A stretch of 64,000 nucleotides of DNA. It comes from Squalus acanthias (taxonomy: Eukaryota). The notes under the pieces were generated by a model. That model was not told where the DNA came from and did no database searches. It saw only the letters and a list, made by a program, of their open reading frames with translations. Positions within the stretch are counted from its first letter, which is position 1. The number at the start of each line of letters is the position of its first letter. The position numbers and the translations under genes are program-made. The stretch lies in contig CM059425.1 of NCBI GenBank assembly GCA_030390025.1, positions 173,168,001 through 173,232,000 on the forward strand. The letters run 5' to 3'. Positions 61,073 to 64,000 of this stretch are shown here, piece after piece.

Positions 61073-63777
61073 TCCAGCAAGGCTTAACATTTAATGGGGT
61101 ATTTAATAGCGATATTAGCGCGGAAAAGCTCACGTTTTCATCAATTCCACTGATTTCATGGATTACCGGCTATTGGGTGGTGGGTGGTCCACAGCACAGC
61201 CTGTGTCGGCGCAGTGAATGACTGAATGCAAATTAGGACTTCTGCGTTTAGATGCGCATGCGCTAAATCCTGAAGTTATGGTCAGTTTCAGAGGGGTGAT
61301 GATGGCGAACGCCAACAGTTCGCTGTCGTTACCCACCGCAGAATCCGGGCCATTGTGCCTCAAATCTGTGTCCATCTTTCCTGGAACTCCTTGTTTGAAT
61401 CTCTCCAATTAGCTTTCTGCCCCTACCACAACACTGAAATAGGCCTAACTAAACATATCCTCTGTGAATGTGATCGTGTTGCATTATCCCTCCACAACCT
61501 CACTTCAGCCTTTGACATGGTCAACCACACCATTCTCCAACGCCTCTCCTCCGTTGTTGAGCTCGGTGGGACTGTCATTGCTTGGTTCCATTTTTGCCCA
61601 TCAATTGTAGCCTAGCATCCCCAGTAATGACAACTCTTCCCACCCCTGCACCGTTGCCTCCTGAGCCCCCCAAATATCTATTCTTGGCCCTCTCTTCCTT
61701 ATCTATGTGCTGTCTCTTGGTAACATCGGCTGCCGAAATGGGGTAAGCTTCCCCACATGACACCCAGCTCTACCTAACCACCAACTCTCTTGACCCCTCC
61801 ACTGCCTCCGTGTTGTCAGACTGATTGTCTGACATACAGTCTTGGAGGAGCCCCAGTCTCCTCCAGATAAATGTCAAAGACTGAAGCCAGTCTCTTTGGC
61901 CCCCAGCACAAGCTCTTGACTAATTCAATAGCTCTTCCCAGCCACCGTCTCTGGCTGAACCAGACTTCACAACCCTGGTGTCCTATTTCACTCAGCTGAG
62001 TTTCTGACCCCCCATATCCTCTCCAAAAAGAACACCTGCTTGGATGTCTAATATCACCCGCCTCCATCCCTACTTCAGCCCATCTGCTGCTGATACCTTC
62101 ATGTCTGTCACTTCCTGGCTCGACTATTCCAATGCCATCCTGCAACCTCTAAACTTCAGCTCATCCAAAACTTTTCCGCCCGTATCTTGTTCTGCTCACC
62201 TGGTCCCCAACATCTCAAATTTAAAATATTCATCCTTTTGTTTAAATCCCTCCTTTCTATCTCTAACCTCCCGCAACCCTCCCCCAAACTTTCTATTCCT
62301 CTAATTCTAGTCTCTTGTGTACCTCTCTCCTATAACCCCTGCAAATCAGGTGGATGTAAAAGATCCCACAGCACTATTTGAAGAATAGCAGAGGAGTTCT
62401 CCCTGATGTCCTCGGCAACATTTACCCTTCAACTGACATCACTGCTGTTTGTGGGACTTTGCTGTGTGCAAATTGGCTGCCCATTTCCTACATTACAACA
62501 GTGATTACACTTCAACAGTATTTTATTGGCTGTAAAGCACTTTGGGACATCCTGAGGTGATGTAAGGTGCTAAATAAGTGCAAGTTTTTCTTTTCTTCTC
62601 TTTGACCAAGCTTTTGTTCACCCGTCCTAATATCGCCTCTGTCTAGGTGTCCATTTTTTCCTTGTGCCTCTGTATGATGCCTATTGAGAAAGGGCTATGA
62701 AGATGTATACTTTACCATGAAGAACCTGCATTTATGTAGCACCTTTTTAAATCAGCAGGATGTTCCCAAAGTGTTTCAGCCAGTGAATTATTTATAAAGT
62801 CTTGTCACTCTAGTTATATAGGTAAATGACAGCAGTCATTTTGTGCACAGCAAGGTCCTACAAATAGCAATGACTAGCTAATCTGTTTTGGTGTTGGTAG
62901 TTGAGGGGTAAATGTTGGCCAGGTCACCAGTAGAAGTCTCCTGCTGTTCTTTGAATAGAGTTAACATAGAAGAGAGCACAGGCACCTCTACACTACAACA
63001 TGGAACCTGAAAGCATAGCAAACAACTGGGACAGGAGGGGAAATTATCCTTTATGATTCCAAGTATTTTTTTTGGAAATATGATTTCCAGTCTACAGTGG
63101 TGAAAAGTGGACTGCAAGCAGACAATGAGAATATTTGATGCACTTTGGAAGGCATTAAATCATGATTGTCACAACAAAAGCAAATAGTTAAATGAACCCT
63201 CACAAAAAAGGCACTCGTGGGTAGAAAAAGATAAAATCAAATGCAATTAACCTGTAGACAGCGTAATTACTGATTTTTTTGTCTGATGAAAATCCCCATG
63301 ATCTGACAGCATGCATTTCATTAAATTTTATTTGCTTTAGCTGTGATATTGCAGAGTTATATCCTGAATATTAGTAATCCAGAAATCAATAGCTGCTAGG
63401 TTATACCTATCATTTTCTCATGACTGATCATATTGTAGAAAGGGATAAAGCTGTGGTATTGTGTTTCCAATTCAACCCAGCGGACTAGATTTTACACCGG
63501 CCCCTCCCTCCCCCCCCCTAAAATCAGCCGCATTGGGAATTTGGATGTGCGCACCCCACTCCCCATGCAATGATATGTTGGCCATTAAAATTATTGATGT
63601 AAAATCTTGGTGGAGCCCATGCTCAAATCCTTGACATATGCTCATGGACTGGAAAAATCAACTCTCTGAAGCCTTGCACCAGGAGCATTTAAGATGAAAA
63701 ATTATCCCAGCGTAAGGCAAATCAAGCAGGCTCTTAACGGGTGTGCAATCCTTCCCATCGATTTTCCTTTCTGTGTT

Positions 63778-64000
63778 CTAAGAACATAAGAATTAGGAGC
63801 AGGAGTAGGACATACGGCCCCTCGAGCCTGCTCCACCATTCAATAAGATCATGGCTGATCATTGACCTCAACTCCACTTTCCCACCCGATCTCCATATTC
63901 CTTGATTCCAAAAATCTCTCTCAACCTTGAATATACTCAAGGACTCAGCATTCACAGCCCTCTGGGGCAGAGAATTCCAAAGATTCACAACCCTCTGAGT
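63778..64000 (-). mobile_element. CR1 3' end (runs off the window)
   Basis: NLWNSLPQRAV and a 3' UTR nearly identical to 29905-30125. Confidence 0.9.

Larger units (their letters stand above)
58395..61351. mobile_element. Harbinger-type MITE expanded by a nested L2 and a solo LTR
   Basis: TIRs GGCCCGTAATTTGCG / GGCCCGGATTCTGCG(rc) and an ATT TSD on both sides. Confidence 0.75.
57900..62680 (+). mobile_element. Old L2 LINE fragment (outermost layer of a nest)
   Basis: LDPSVL.SYHPI before 58395; HNTE, SAFDMVNH, DTQLY and RLDYSN after 61351. Confidence 0.65.

Overview
Vertebrate genomic DNA, most likely from a cartilaginous fish (inferred from the repeat content: CR1, L2, Penelope, V-SINE and Deu-SINE types). 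It contains one intact host gene, slc25a46 (+ strand, 8 coding exons at 29236-54855, 408 aa), whose first intron appears to use a GC donor. Most of the rest is nested transposable elements. Main observations: (1) a ~5.8 kb Mutator-like (MULE) element at 18491-24302, defined by long imperfect TIRs and a 9-10 bp TSD, carrying a decayed MULE/SWIM transposase and two internal minisatellite arrays; (2) two ~190 bp hairpin insertions with TSDs, each with a minimal hammerhead-ribozyme core in its loop, one of them sharing sequence with a Penelope-like element in the window; (3) a LINE with a tRNA-like Pol III head, whose internal-deletion derivative is a SINE present twice in the window; (4) a two-gene Harbinger (Myb/SANT plus transposase) and several MITEs in multi-layer nests. 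There is one 352-N assembly gap. All family assignments come from motif recognition by eye, not from database searches.
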